Part shown: one piece after another, positions 21,448 through 29,928 of the stretch
Position numbering within the stretch: position 1 is the first letter of the stretch
Layout of the letters: the number at the start of each line of letters is the position of its first letter
Source: an uncultured Solirubrobacterales bacterium
Lineage (GTDB): Bacteria; Actinomycetota; Thermoleophilia; Solirubrobacterales; 70-9
DNA length: 64,000 bases
Assembly (NCBI GenBank): GCA_963799835.1
Contig: CAWCYE010000001.1
Coordinates: 96,024-160,023, forward strand
Direction of reading: 5' to 3'
The notes under the pieces: generated by a model
Seen by the model: the letters and a program-made list of their open reading frames with translations, nothing else
The model's database searches: none
What the model was told of the DNA's origin: nothing
Translations under genes and position numbers: made by a program

Positions 21448-22175
21448 GGCGTGTCGACTCCCTCCCCGGGCCTCGTGAAGACGATCTCCGGGACGTGGCA
21501 GTTGGGGGAGGTGTGGAGCAGGAAGCGAACCGCCTCGCCCAGGTCCGAGGGCTGGATCATCGACTCGGCGGCGACCTGGCCCTTGACGAACTCGGTCATC
21601 GGCGTGTCGACGAACCCGGGGGCGAGCGCCGTGCACTGGATCCCGTCGTTGCCCGCCTCGCGGTGGGTCGACTGGGTGAAGTTGATCACCGCGGCCTTGG
21701 TCGCGGCGTAGATCGAGAGCCAGGCCTGCCCGCCCTTGCCGGCGATCGAGGCGGTGTTGACGATCAGCGCCTTGCCGTGCTCGGCGCCGGCCTTGCGCAG
21801 CAGCGGCAGCCCCTCGCGCGTGCCCAGGATCAGGGCGCGCAGGTTGACCGCCAGCTGCATGTCGAGGTGCTTGGTCTGGATCTCCTCCATCGGGGCGCCG
21901 ATCCCGACCCCGGCGTTGTTGACCAGCGCGTCGAGGCGCCCGTAGGCGTCACGGTGGGAGGCGAAGGCCGCGACCACGTCGTCCTCCTCGGTCATGTTCC
22001 CGATCGCCGAGTTGACCTCGAAGCCGTCGGCGCGGAGGCCCTCCGCGGCTTCCTCGAGCTTTTCCGGACGGCGGGCCGAGACCGTGAGCGCGTAGCCCTC
22101 CTCGCCCAGGGCCCGGGCGATCGCGAGGCCGATCCCACTCGACGCTCCAGTCACCAATGCAGCACGTTGCGCCAT
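21444..22175 (-). CDS. SDR-family oxidoreductase
   Basis: TGASSGIGLAIARAL, NNAG and YAATKAA motifs. GGAGGAG sits 6 nt before the ATG at 22175. An ATG at 22181 is also possible. Confidence 0.85.
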   Translation of the reverse strand: MAQRAALVTGASSGIGLAIARALGEEGYALTVSARRPEKLEEAAEGLRADGFEVNSAIGNMTEEDDVVAAFASHRDAYGRLDALVNNAGVGIGAPMEEIQTKHLDMQLAVNLRALILGTREGLPLLRKAGAEHGKALIVNTASIAGKGGQAWLSIYAATKAAVINFTQSTHREAGNDGIQCTALAPGFVDTPMTEFVKGQVAAESMIQPSDLGEAVRFLLHTSPNCHVPEIVFTRPGEGVDTP

Positions 22176-22269
22176 CTCCATCTCCTCCGTTCTCGACGAC
22201 CGACGGCACCCTATACGGCGGTTCGCGGCCGCGCCTCGGCACGGCTTGACCAGGCGGACTCTGAATAAC

Positions 22270-23355
22270 ATGGCGCCGATGCGTGCCGCCCGCCTCGCCC
22301 TCGCTTTCGGCTGCCTTGTTGCCGTTGCGGTCGCGGCTGTGGGATGCGGGGGAGACTCGGGCTCGGAGGAGTCCGCGACCACGCCGCCCGAGGACGCCCC
22401 GAGTCTGCCGGCGCCGCCGAGGAGCGAGTTCCCGGCGCCGCAGGGGAGAAGCCTGAAAGACCTGCTCGAACTCGCCGACGCGCCCTCCGAACTGCTGGTC
22501 CCGCCAGCTGCGAAGGTGTTCTACCGGGGGGTGAATCGCTACCCGTTCGGGGTTTTCGAACGGGACGGCACCCAGGTCGCCGACGCCGAGGTGGCGATCT
22601 ACCTGGCAAAGGTGCCGACTCCGCGCCGGGGCGCGAAGTCGAGGCCCGGGGGCAAAGGCGCGCTGGCGCAGGCCCAGGTCGAGGCGTTGAACAAACCCGC
22701 GACCGGTCCCTTCCCGGCTTCGATCGAAAGCCTCACGGCGAGCCCCGCCTTTCAGACCCCCACAGTTGAGGGACCCAACCTCGGCACGGTCGTCTACTCA
22801 ACCCAGCTCGACTTCCCGAGCGACGGCCAGTGGCAGATCGCCGCGCTGATCAAGGAGGGGGACGAACTCGCCGCGACGCTGCTGCCGAGCGCCGTCGTAG
22901 GGGAATTCCAGCGGGTGCCGCGCCCGGGCGAGCAGGCGCCCGAAATCCACACTCCGGTCCCCGCGGACGTCGGTGGGGACGTCTCGAAGATCACCACCCG
23001 TGTCCCGCCGGACACCCAGAACAAGGTGGATTACGCGGAAGTGCTCGGAAAAAGACCGATTGTGCTCTTGTTTGCGACCCCCAAGTTCTGCCAGAGTCGG
23101 GTCTGCGGACCCGTAGTGGACGTGGCCGAGCAGGCCAAGCAGGAATACGGAGACAAGGCGGCGTTCATACATATGGAGATCTACAACGACAACGACCCCG
23201 GCAAGGGCGTGCGCCCGCAGGTCCGGGCCTTCCATCTGCCGAGCGAGCCCTGGCTGTTCGCGATCGACCGCGAGGGCGAGGTCGTCGAGGCGATCGAGGG
23301 GGCCTTCGGCCCAGAATTGCTGACCGGAGCCGTTGAGAGGGTAGTGGCCGAATGA
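22270..23355 (+). CDS. Lipoprotein with a C-terminal thioredoxin/redoxin-like fold
   Basis: Lipobox AVAAVGCGG. The C-terminal segment RPIVLLFATPKFCQSRVCGPV...PWLFAIDREGEVV looks like a TlpA/redoxin domain. Confidence 0.6.
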   Translation: MAPMRAARLALAFGCLVAVAVAAVGCGGDSGSEESATTPPEDAPSLPAPPRSEFPAPQGRSLKDLLELADAPSELLVPPAAKVFYRGVNRYPFGVFERDGTQVADAEVAIYLAKVPTPRRGAKSRPGGKGALAQAQVEALNKPATGPFPASIESLTASPAFQTPTVEGPNLGTVVYSTQLDFPSDGQWQIAALIKEGDELAATLLPSAVVGEFQRVPRPGEQAPEIHTPVPADVGGDVSKITTRVPPDTQNKVDYAEVLGKRPIVLLFATPKFCQSRVCGPVVDVAEQAKQEYGDKAAFIHMEIYNDNDPGKGVRPQVRAFHLPSEPWLFAIDREGEVVEAIEGAFGPELLTGAVERVVAE

Positions 23356-23717
23356 GCGAAAAAGCCGCCCCCGACACCGAGCTGCTGGAGTCCTTCGCCG
23401 AGGAGGCGCGGAGGCGCTGCGACGTGATCTCAGCCGGCCTCGCCACCGAGACGACGGACTTCGAGACGATGCGGGCCGAAGCCCACGCCCTGCGCGGCAC
23501 CGCGGGAGTCGTCGGCCTGCGCCGCCTCGCTGAGCTGGCGGGCCTGATGGAGTCCGACCTCGCCGAAGCGAAGAAGACCGGAGTCATCCGCGGCGGTCGC
23601 GACCACCAGATCGCCGACGCCGCCAAGGCCCTCGCCGAGGGCGCCGTCGCGGCGGCCGAAGGCAAGGAAGAGCCACCTGACGTCGGCCGCTCCCTCGCCC
23701 AGCTCTTCAGCGCCTGA
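23352..23717 (+). CDS. Stand-alone HPt (histidine phosphotransfer) domain protein
   Basis: AEAHALRGTAGVVGLRRLAELAGLMESDL matches the HPt H-x-x-[KR]-G helix. The ATG overlaps the upstream stop. Confidence 0.6.
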   Translation: MSEKAAPDTELLESFAEEARRRCDVISAGLATETTDFETMRAEAHALRGTAGVVGLRRLAELAGLMESDLAEAKKTGVIRGGRDHQIADAAKALAEGAVAAAEGKEEPPDVGRSLAQLFSA

Positions 23718-23740
23718 ACTCAGCGATAATCGGCCCCTCC

Positions 23741-23814
<74 letters not shown>

Positions 23815-23815
23815 C

Positions 23816-24337
23816 TTATGCCGAGAACAGTCCCTCTACGGCTTTGCGGAACGAGACTGGATCGATTGCGGGGAAGCGGTAAAGCTCGGGCTCGAGCGCT
23901 TTGAATTGATTGAGAGCATCTGCTGGGTTCACCAGGCCTGCGGCGACCATCTCTCGGACGTCGCGTATGTCTTGCTCATGTCCCCGCTCCACCTTTGAGA
24001 GTGCTTGGGCTACAGGGTCGAAATGATGGAAGGAGAGCTTGCCCTCCCTACGGATCAGCGGGCTTCGATCCTCCCAACCCGCCGGTAGAGGGATGAAGTC
24101 TGACGGCGCTGCCAGCTCGACGTTGAGGTTCAACGTCTCCTTGAGCCGCGGGATCTCTCGCAGGATCTCATCGCGGTCGGGAATGAGCTTGATGTCAACG
24201 TCGATGGTCGTGTCCCGCCAGCCGTAGAGAACGGCGGTCGCGCCACCAGTGAGATAGACGCGGCCTTCCACGGTGACGGCTTGCCCCAGCTCGCGCATGA
24301 ACTGCTCGATGCGCGCGGAGTCGGCTAACTCGCGCAT
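23816..24337 (-). CDS. Minimal (Pol-beta-like) nucleotidyltransferase-fold protein, putative toxin of a two-gene module
   Basis: LTGGATAVLYGWRDTTIDVDI fits the G-[GS]-x(9-13)-D-x-[DE] motif. It overlaps the upstream 93-aa gene by 13 nt, and its stop lies 1 nt from the tRNA-Met 3' end. Confidence 0.6.
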   Translation of the reverse strand: MRELADSARIEQFMRELGQAVTVEGRVYLTGGATAVLYGWRDTTIDVDIKLIPDRDEILREIPRLKETLNLNVELAAPSDFIPLPAGWEDRSPLIRREGKLSFHHFDPVAQALSKVERGHEQDIRDVREMVAAGLVNPADALNQFKALEPELYRFPAIDPVSFRKAVEGLFSA

Positions 24338-24606
24338 GCAGCCGCCCGCTCGAAGCTGACGAGCCGGCGGATCAGGGCCTTATAGGCGGAATGAGCGGCG
24401 TCTCCCTTTTCCTGCGCAAGGAGTAGATAGAGCTTGTGCTCGGGGGAGGGGATCGGCGAGGACAGTGCAATGCCCATCGACCGCAGTCGGGGCGCGCCAA
24501 TCGATACGAGTAGCGCCTCGGCCGATTCATGCCCGCCATCCAAGTCTTCAGCGCCTCGCTTGATGAGGTCGGCCCCGGGAAGGATTTCCAGGTCGAAGCT
24601 GGTCAT
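24325..24606 (-). CDS. 93-aa partner protein of the nucleotidyltransferase (putative antitoxin)
   Basis: Translationally coupled upstream gene. A paralog is conserved at 28607-28888. No recognisable domain. Confidence 0.5.
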   Translation of the reverse strand: MTSFDLEILPGADLIKRGAEDLDGGHESAEALLVSIGAPRLRSMGIALSSPIPSPEHKLYLLLAQEKGDAAHSAYKALIRRLVSFERAAACAS

Positions 24607-24659
24607 TCCGTTGAGAGTAGCGACCCTTGGGTTGCTCGCATGACGAAATGCCGCCCAAA

Positions 24660-24700
24660 GACTTGGTCCCGAAATTTGTCCCTGACTCCGGCGAACTCAG
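24660..24700 (+). repeat. R1, relic coding repeat (KDLVPKFVPDSGEL)
   Basis: Shares gacttggtcccgaaatttgtccc.gactcc..cgaactcag with R2 and R3. Confidence 0.7.
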
Positions 24701-24740
24701 GGCCCTGCTCTGGCGTCACTTACGTACCTCGCTGGGTAGG

Positions 24741-25475
24741 TCAGCGACGAAGGGGCTCGAGCCACTCCTGCGGGACGAAGCCGGCCGGAATCCCCGTCGG
24801 ATAGTCGGGCATCATCTCGGTTGCGAAGCGCGTCGCCTTGCGGCCCTGCATCGCCGGCGCCAAGTCCGCGAACGTCATCAGCAGCCGGACCGATGGCCCA
24901 ATCTGGAAGTCGGCGGCATTGCGCTGCTCGCCGCCGATCGTCCCCTCGTTGAGCAAGTCGTCGACGTGGTCGAGCAGGGGAGGCAACATCTCGACCGTCT
25001 TCCTCACGTGCTCGGTGTCGTTGGCCCCGACCTTGCGCGCGTTGTGCCAGGTCACCGGCCAGCCGGCCAGGCCGAGCAGGCGCGGCGCCGGCAGGCCAGC
25101 CTCGCGGGCCAGGCGAGTACGCATCTCGGGCCGGTTCGCAACCACCCAGCCGCCGATTCGCCGCGGAACCGGCTGCAGGACGTCGTTGCCCCAGAGCTCC
25201 GCCTGCTCGACCCGTATCCGCGCCTGCGGGTCGGCGGGAAACAGCGGCGGCTCCGGCTGCGCTTCATCGAGCGCGCGAGAGATCGCGCGCGTGCCCTGAA
25301 TGCGGCGCCCGTGGAGTTTTAGGGCGGGCACCGTGCCACCGTGGAAGCCACGGGCCCGGACCGCTGCTGGGTGAGTTCCGGGCACCAGATCGACCACCTC
25401 GTGCTCGATCCCCTTATGCTCAAGCATCAAGCGTGCGGCATGTGCCGGATGCGAGGTATACACCGCGTAGAGCAT
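24741..25475 (-). CDS. Glutathione S-transferase family protein
   Basis: Thioredoxin-like N-domain YTSHPAHAARLMLEHKGIEHEVVDL...GTVPALKLHGRRIQGTRAISRAL. A TTG at 25493 is an alternative start. Confidence 0.7.
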   Translation of the reverse strand: MLYAVYTSHPAHAARLMLEHKGIEHEVVDLVPGTHPAAVRARGFHGGTVPALKLHGRRIQGTRAISRALDEAQPEPPLFPADPQARIRVEQAELWGNDVLQPVPRRIGGWVVANRPEMRTRLAREAGLPAPRLLGLAGWPVTWHNARKVGANDTEHVRKTVEMLPPLLDHVDDLLNEGTIGGEQRNAADFQIGPSVRLLMTFADLAPAMQGRKATRFATEMMPDYPTGIPAGFVPQEWLEPLRR

Positions 25476-25589
25476 CGCCGACACGCGAGACAACTTAGCT
25501 ACGCATGAACGAGCACATCATCGATCCCGCCCATAATGTCTGCTTCGCGTGAAAGCTAGCTTGGGAAATGCCTGTTATTTGCCTCCCAA

Positions 25590-25654
25590 GACTTGGTCCC
25601 GAAATTGGTCCCCGACTCCACCGAACTCAGCCGAACTCCTTGGACGTGATTCGC
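25590..25654 (+). repeat. R2, relic 3' coding end (..QDLVPKLVPDSTELSRTPWT*)
   Basis: 65 nt aligned with R3. It lies 41 nt upstream of the tRNA-derived attR copy. Confidence 0.75.
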
Positions 25655-25695
25655 TCTATCAGGCTCGATTCGTTTCCTTAGACGGGTTCCGGCGC

Positions 25696-25739
25696 GACTC
25701 ATAATCCGTCGGTCGAAGGTTCGAGTCCTTCCCGCCCCA
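25696..25739 (+). repeat. Displaced 3' fragment of tRNA-Met (attR-like)
   Basis: 44/44 identity with 23771-23814. It has no 5' half, so it is not a tRNA gene. Confidence 0.9.
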
Positions 25740-25786
25740 TGATGAGCCCGCGGTTGTGTGCACGGCAGTGCCAGTAGGATCGCTGA

Positions 25787-26662
25787 GTGACACGAAGCTC
25801 ACTAAGCGGGGCGAGCATGATGCTGGCGTTGGCACTAACTCTGCTGCTGCCAGCCGCCGTTCAAGGCGAGGAGGATCGGGTGCCGTCACTCACCGGATTC
25901 GGACTGCAGGCGAGTAACGGTTACGGCTTCGCCGTTCTGGCCGAAGCGCCGGACGAAGGAGAGGAAGGATGGATCGGCCTTTTCTTGGCGCGTGGTAAGC
26001 GCACGATAGTCACATATTCGGCACCGGCGACCGTCTCGTCCACGACGATTGAGGCGGATCTCGGCAGGTTGGGAAGGATCTCGGTGACTCGTGTGCCGAC
26101 TGGGCGGACGAAGACGGTGCGCTGGGGCTGCAAACCGGGGGGCACGAAGCGAGTGGAGGCCGAACGCTACGAGGGGATCATCGAGTTCCATGGCGAGGAA
26201 GGGTTCGCCGACGTCAGCGCCACCAGCGCGCCACTTGCGGACCCGACTAATTGCGTAGGTGCCGAGGCGAGTGGAGGGCCCCGTGGCAAGACCCTGCCGG
26301 GGGCTCGTCTCGATGTGGAGAAGCGCCACCCCGAGAAGTACAGGCTCGAGTTCGACGCGATTCAGGGCAGGCCGGGCGCCAGGACCGGGGTGAGCGCTGA
26401 AGTCGAGGAACACCGGGGTGAGATAGAGATCCACCGGTCGACCTGGACGTGGGCAAGCGCCAGCGCCCTGAGTTACGACCGGCGCTTGCGCAACGCGACG
26501 GTCAGGCCGCCCGCTCCCTTCGCCGGCCATGGGATTTTCCACAGCAACGCCCGTGGTGCTACCCGGTGGACGGGAAACCTAACCGTCGATCTTCCCGGCC
26601 GCTCGGATGTGCCCGTGACTGGCCCAGGTTTCTGGGCCGATCTGGAACGCCCTAGCCGCTAG
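25787..26662 (+). CDS. Hypothetical secreted protein
   Basis: Signal peptide MMLALALTLLLPAAVQG (an ATG at 25817 is also possible). No recognisable domain. Confidence 0.5.
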   Translation: MTRSSLSGASMMLALALTLLLPAAVQGEEDRVPSLTGFGLQASNGYGFAVLAEAPDEGEEGWIGLFLARGKRTIVTYSAPATVSSTTIEADLGRLGRISVTRVPTGRTKTVRWGCKPGGTKRVEAERYEGIIEFHGEEGFADVSATSAPLADPTNCVGAEASGGPRGKTLPGARLDVEKRHPEKYRLEFDAIQGRPGARTGVSAEVEEHRGEIEIHRSTWTWASASALSYDRRLRNATVRPPAPFAGHGIFHSNARGATRWTGNLTVDLPGRSDVPVTGPGFWADLERPSR

Positions 26663-26750
26663 CCTCAACGCCGCCGCTGTGTACTTGAATTGCAAATCGC
26701 TTTCGGGTGAGAGCGAGAGACGGGCCTCGACAGGCCGTCGATTCTCTTCA

Positions 26751-26816
26751 GAACTTGGTCCCGAAGTTTGTCCCCGACTCCACCGAACTTAGTCGAACCC
26801 CCTGGACGTGATTCGC
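26751..26816 (+). repeat. R3, relic 3' coding end (..QNLVPKFVPDSTELSRTPWT*)
   Basis: Differs from R2 at 8 positions. Six of them are synonymous third-codon positions in one reading frame. Confidence 0.75.
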
Positions 26817-26943
26817 GGCTTTGCAGTTTCCCGCTCTCCCTTCTCGCGCGCAGCGGTAGCGCGAGAAGGCCCCGTGGTCGGTGTACTGCTGCTTCTCGAA
26901 GCAGTCGAGGTCGCGCCCTCCTGGCTACGGCCCTTGCACGCCT

Positions 26944-27258
26944 TCAAAGGACGGGACGCACGACGAGCATTCCCCGGCTCGAGACCAAATGCTCCAGGTC
27001 ATCCGTCAAGCGTTGGACGTGCTCGCTCCCCTGTTGCTCGAAGCGCTCGACTCCCACGATCTCCGCGATCAGCACGTAATCGGCTTGACCGATCGCCTGT
27101 CCGGGCACATCCGTCGGCCGCGTAAGACGCCAATCCGACACCGTGTCCAGCGACCCGCGGACGATGTCGCGATCCCCCGCCATCAGAGTCTCGAAGTCCT
27201 TGGCCAGCTCCGGCGAGCGCAGCTGAAACCACATGAGAAGGGTCGCGGGAGGACTCAT
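26944..27258 (-). CDS. Hypothetical 104-aa protein co-transcribed with the hydrolase
   Basis: Its ATG overlaps the stop of the upstream hydrolase (ATGA). No motif recognised. Confidence 0.45.
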   Translation of the reverse strand: MSPPATLLMWFQLRSPELAKDFETLMAGDRDIVRGSLDTVSDWRLTRPTDVPGQAIGQADYVLIAEIVGVERFEQQGSEHVQRLTDDLEHLVSSRGMLVVRPVL

Positions 27259-28106
27259 CCACGAAGCGTAGTGAACCGCTTGACGAACTCGAGCGCGGTG
27301 TCGCAGACCTCGCGCCAGCCGCTGTCGATCGTCAGGGAGTGGCCGCGGTTGGGGATCGACTTGATCTCGGTCACACCGGTGTTGCGCTTCTGTCTCTTAT
27401 AGGCGGCGTTGGCGATCGCCCAGGGCACGGTGTGGTCCTTCTCCCCGTCGAGGATCAGAAGCGGGCCGCGGTCGGGGTTCTTCGTGTCGACCTTGGCCTC
27501 GGTCGCGGGATTGAGGTTGGCGTTCGCCATCTGCATCAGCGCCACTCCCGGCGCCGCGACGTGGTAGCTCTCGTAGAGCTCCTTCGCCTCCTCGTCGCCC
27601 AGCGCATTGGTCCAGCCGTACTTGAACTGGTCGAACGTCAGAGTCACGGCGCGGCCCCTGTTGAGCGGGTTCGAGAGGACGGGCGCGGATACCTTCAGCG
27701 TCGAGAAGGGCAGGGGCAGGACGCCGCGGAACGGACCGGGATCGATCGCGACCGTGACGGCCGAGAGACCGCGGCCGGCGATGATCTGGGCCAGCAGGCC
27801 ACCGGTCGAGTGGCCGAGCACCGCCGGATTTTTCTGCAGCTGGCCGATCACCTCGGCGGTGTGATCGGCGACCTGCCCGATCGTCTTCTTGGCGAGGATC
27901 TCGGGGTTGGCTCGCGCCTCCTCAACCGTCTCGGGGTCGTCAGGCCAAACCGGGGTGAGGGCGGCGTAGCCGGCCTCCTCAAAGACCGCCGCCCAGCGAT
28001 CCCAGCTGCTCGGCAACAGCCAGAGCCCGTGGATGAAAACGGCCGGCGTCTTCCCGCTCGCGTTCGCCTTCTCAATCTGCTCCTGCTCCCTCTTCGTGAT
28101 CGCCAT
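27255..28106 (-). CDS. Alpha/beta hydrolase
   Basis: PAVFIHGLW and the nucleophile elbow GHSTGG, with a C-terminal His context PNRGHS. Confidence 0.8.
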   Translation of the reverse strand: MAITKREQEQIEKANASGKTPAVFIHGLWLLPSSWDRWAAVFEEAGYAALTPVWPDDPETVEEARANPEILAKKTIGQVADHTAEVIGQLQKNPAVLGHSTGGLLAQIIAGRGLSAVTVAIDPGPFRGVLPLPFSTLKVSAPVLSNPLNRGRAVTLTFDQFKYGWTNALGDEEAKELYESYHVAAPGVALMQMANANLNPATEAKVDTKNPDRGPLLILDGEKDHTVPWAIANAAYKRQKRNTGVTEIKSIPNRGHSLTIDSGWREVCDTALEFVKRFTTLRG

Positions 28107-28174
28107 CGGCTCGCCTTTCGCTGGGTGTCGGGGAGCCCCGCCGCTCCCTAGATTCCCATCGGCCAGTTATTCGG

Positions 28175-28619
28175 TCAAGAATCCAATGGACTTCGAGCCG
28201 GGGGCAATAGAGAGAACTTGGTCTCGAATTTGATCCCACTCACCCAAAGAAGTTCTTCTACGGACTTGCGAAACGAAGACGGGTCGATGGCCGGGAATCG
28301 GTACAGCTCAGGCTCGATCAACTCGAATTGGGCGCGTGCGTCAGCCGGGTCGACCAGCCCGTTGGAGATCATGTCCTCACATCACGGAGGTCCTGCTCGT
28401 GACCCCGCTCTGCCTTTGAAAGAGCCTGCGCGACCGGATCGAAGTAATGGAAGGAGACCTTGCCCTCCCTGCGGACGAGGGGGCTTCGCTCCTCCCAGCC
28501 GTCGGGCACGGGAATGCGGTTGCTCCACCCGTGAGGTAGACGTGGCTCTCGACCTGGGCAGCTCGCCCTAGTTCGCGCATGAACTGCTCGATGCGGGTCG
28601 AGTCGGCTAGTTCGCGCAT
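28175..28619 (-). pseudogene. Decayed paralog of the nucleotidyltransferase at 23816-24337
   Basis: The N-terminus MRELADSTRIEQFMRELG..YLTGGATA matches copy 1. An out-of-frame deletion of about 45 codons then removes the DxD catalytic motif. Homology resumes in another frame (IPVPDGWEERSPLVRREGKVSFHYFDPVAQALSK). A second 1-nt indel follows, and the stop codon is lost. Confidence 0.8.
28214..28247 (+). repeat. R4, diverged copy of the R repeat
   Basis: aacttggtctcgaatttgatcccactcacc aligns with the R1-R3 core. It abuts the 3' end of the pseudogene. Confidence 0.5.
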
Positions 28620-28888
28620 GCTGCCGCTCGCTCGAAGCTTACGAGTCGGCGGATCAGGGCGTTGTATGCAGAGTGGGCTGCGTCGCCCTTTTTGCGGGCG
28701 AGCAATCCGTAGAGCTTGTGCTCGGGGGATGCGATCGGCGTAGAAAGCTCAATTCCTAGAGATTTAAGGCGCGGCGCGCCAATCGATACGAGCAGCGCCT
28801 CGGCCGATTCGTGGCCGGCATCCAAGTCTGCGAGGCCGCGCTGGACCAGGTCGGCCCCAGGGAGAGTTTTCAAATCAGCTAGAGCCAT
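28607..28888 (-). CDS. Intact paralog of the 93-aa partner protein
   Basis: MALADLKTLPGADLVQRGLADLDAGHESAEALLVSIGAPRLKSLGIEL..RRLVSFERAAACAN is clearly homologous to 24325-24606 (roughly 70% aa identity by eye). Confidence 0.6.
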   Translation of the reverse strand: MALADLKTLPGADLVQRGLADLDAGHESAEALLVSIGAPRLKSLGIELSTPIASPEHKLYGLLARKKGDAAHSAYNALIRRLVSFERAAACAN

Positions 28889-29000
28889 GTCCCCGTGAGA
28901 GTAACGGCCACGGACCCCACCCGCTCTTCGCGAACGATCTAGCATCTCTACCTAAAATAATGTATATTCGTCCAAATTTTGGGTATTCCCTAAAGATCGT

Positions 29001-29921
29001 ATGTGGAAGATGCCGAAAAGCCACGACTTTCAGCGGAGCAAAGTGCGGAGGACGGCGAGACGTGCCTTCCGACGGGAGATCTCGGTCGCGGGAGTGACTT
29101 TGATCGCGTTGCTCTCGAGCGCACCATCCACCTCGGCGGGCTTGCTGGACGAGACGGTGGGGAAAGCAACGTCCTCGCTTCCGGTTGCGATTCCGGAACT
29201 TCCGCGCGAGCCGCTCCCGACTCCTTCGGTTCAGGTTGAGGCTCCCGCTGCCCCGCAGGTCAAATTGCCACCGGTCAAGGTTCCAAGCGTGCCCTCTGCT
29301 CCGGTCAAGGTTCCCGCCGCGCCCTCTGCTCCGGACCAAACTCCCTCCGGCGATCTCCCGGCTGCAGCGTCGTCCCCCTCGCACTCGGTCGATGACATAG
29401 CCGGCAGCGTGAAGGAGTCCGCCGGCACGATCGCGAGCACCCCAGAGGGTGCCGGTCGGGCGGGAGGCGTTCCAGGCCTCGGCGTGGGCAGGGGCTCCGG
29501 CAGCTCAGGGGCGAGCCCCGGTAGCCCCAGTAGCAGCGTGCCCTCGGTCGAACGAGGCAGGGCGGCTCCGCCGCTGCGTTGGCACGCCCACGTCTGGCCC
29601 GCGGTCGCCCTGGGGCCGTTCGGCGAGCTGCTCACTGCCCTGCCGGGAAGTCTGGACGCCATTGCCTCGATATCGGTAGCCGACCTCCTGCCTCGGTGGC
29701 TGTCAGGGTCAGGGGATACCGGTGGGGGTGGCGCGGGGGGGCAGCTCGGGGAATCCGCCGCTTCGACCCCCTCGCCCGCGCCTCCCCCGACGGTTCCGAT
29801 CCCCGTCGGGGGTGCGATCTCCCTCTTCTTCCTGATCGTCGCCTCCGCCTGTCTGCTGGCGCTGCTCGTCTTCACCGTAAGGCAGGAATTGGGAGCCCTG
29901 TATCGCTGGTGGCCGTACTGA
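29001..29921 (+). CDS. Proline/serine-rich low-complexity protein with N- and C-terminal hydrophobic segments
   Basis: VAGVTLIALLSSAPSTSAG, then PxVxVP repeats, then a C-terminal helix ISLFFLIVASACLLALLVF. An AT-rich promoter-like region at 28950-29000 precedes it. Confidence 0.45.
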   Translation: MWKMPKSHDFQRSKVRRTARRAFRREISVAGVTLIALLSSAPSTSAGLLDETVGKATSSLPVAIPELPREPLPTPSVQVEAPAAPQVKLPPVKVPSVPSAPVKVPAAPSAPDQTPSGDLPAAASSPSHSVDDIAGSVKESAGTIASTPEGAGRAGGVPGLGVGRGSGSSGASPGSPSSSVPSVERGRAAPPLRWHAHVWPAVALGPFGELLTALPGSLDAIASISVADLLPRWLSGSGDTGGGGAGGQLGESAASTPSPAPPPTVPIPVGGAISLFFLIVASACLLALLVFTVRQELGALYRWWPY

Positions 29922-29928
29922 GGCCGGC

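Noticed and set aside
25696-25739. A second tRNA-Met gene
   Set aside because: Only the 3' 44 nt are present, with no acceptor 5' strand or D-arm. It is an att-type duplication.
26768-27402. Plus-strand ORFs (103-173 aa) overlapping R3 and the antisense strand of the 104-aa/hydrolase genes
   Set aside because: They are Arg/Ser/Pro-rich, overlap better-supported minus-strand genes, and begin inside the relic repeat.
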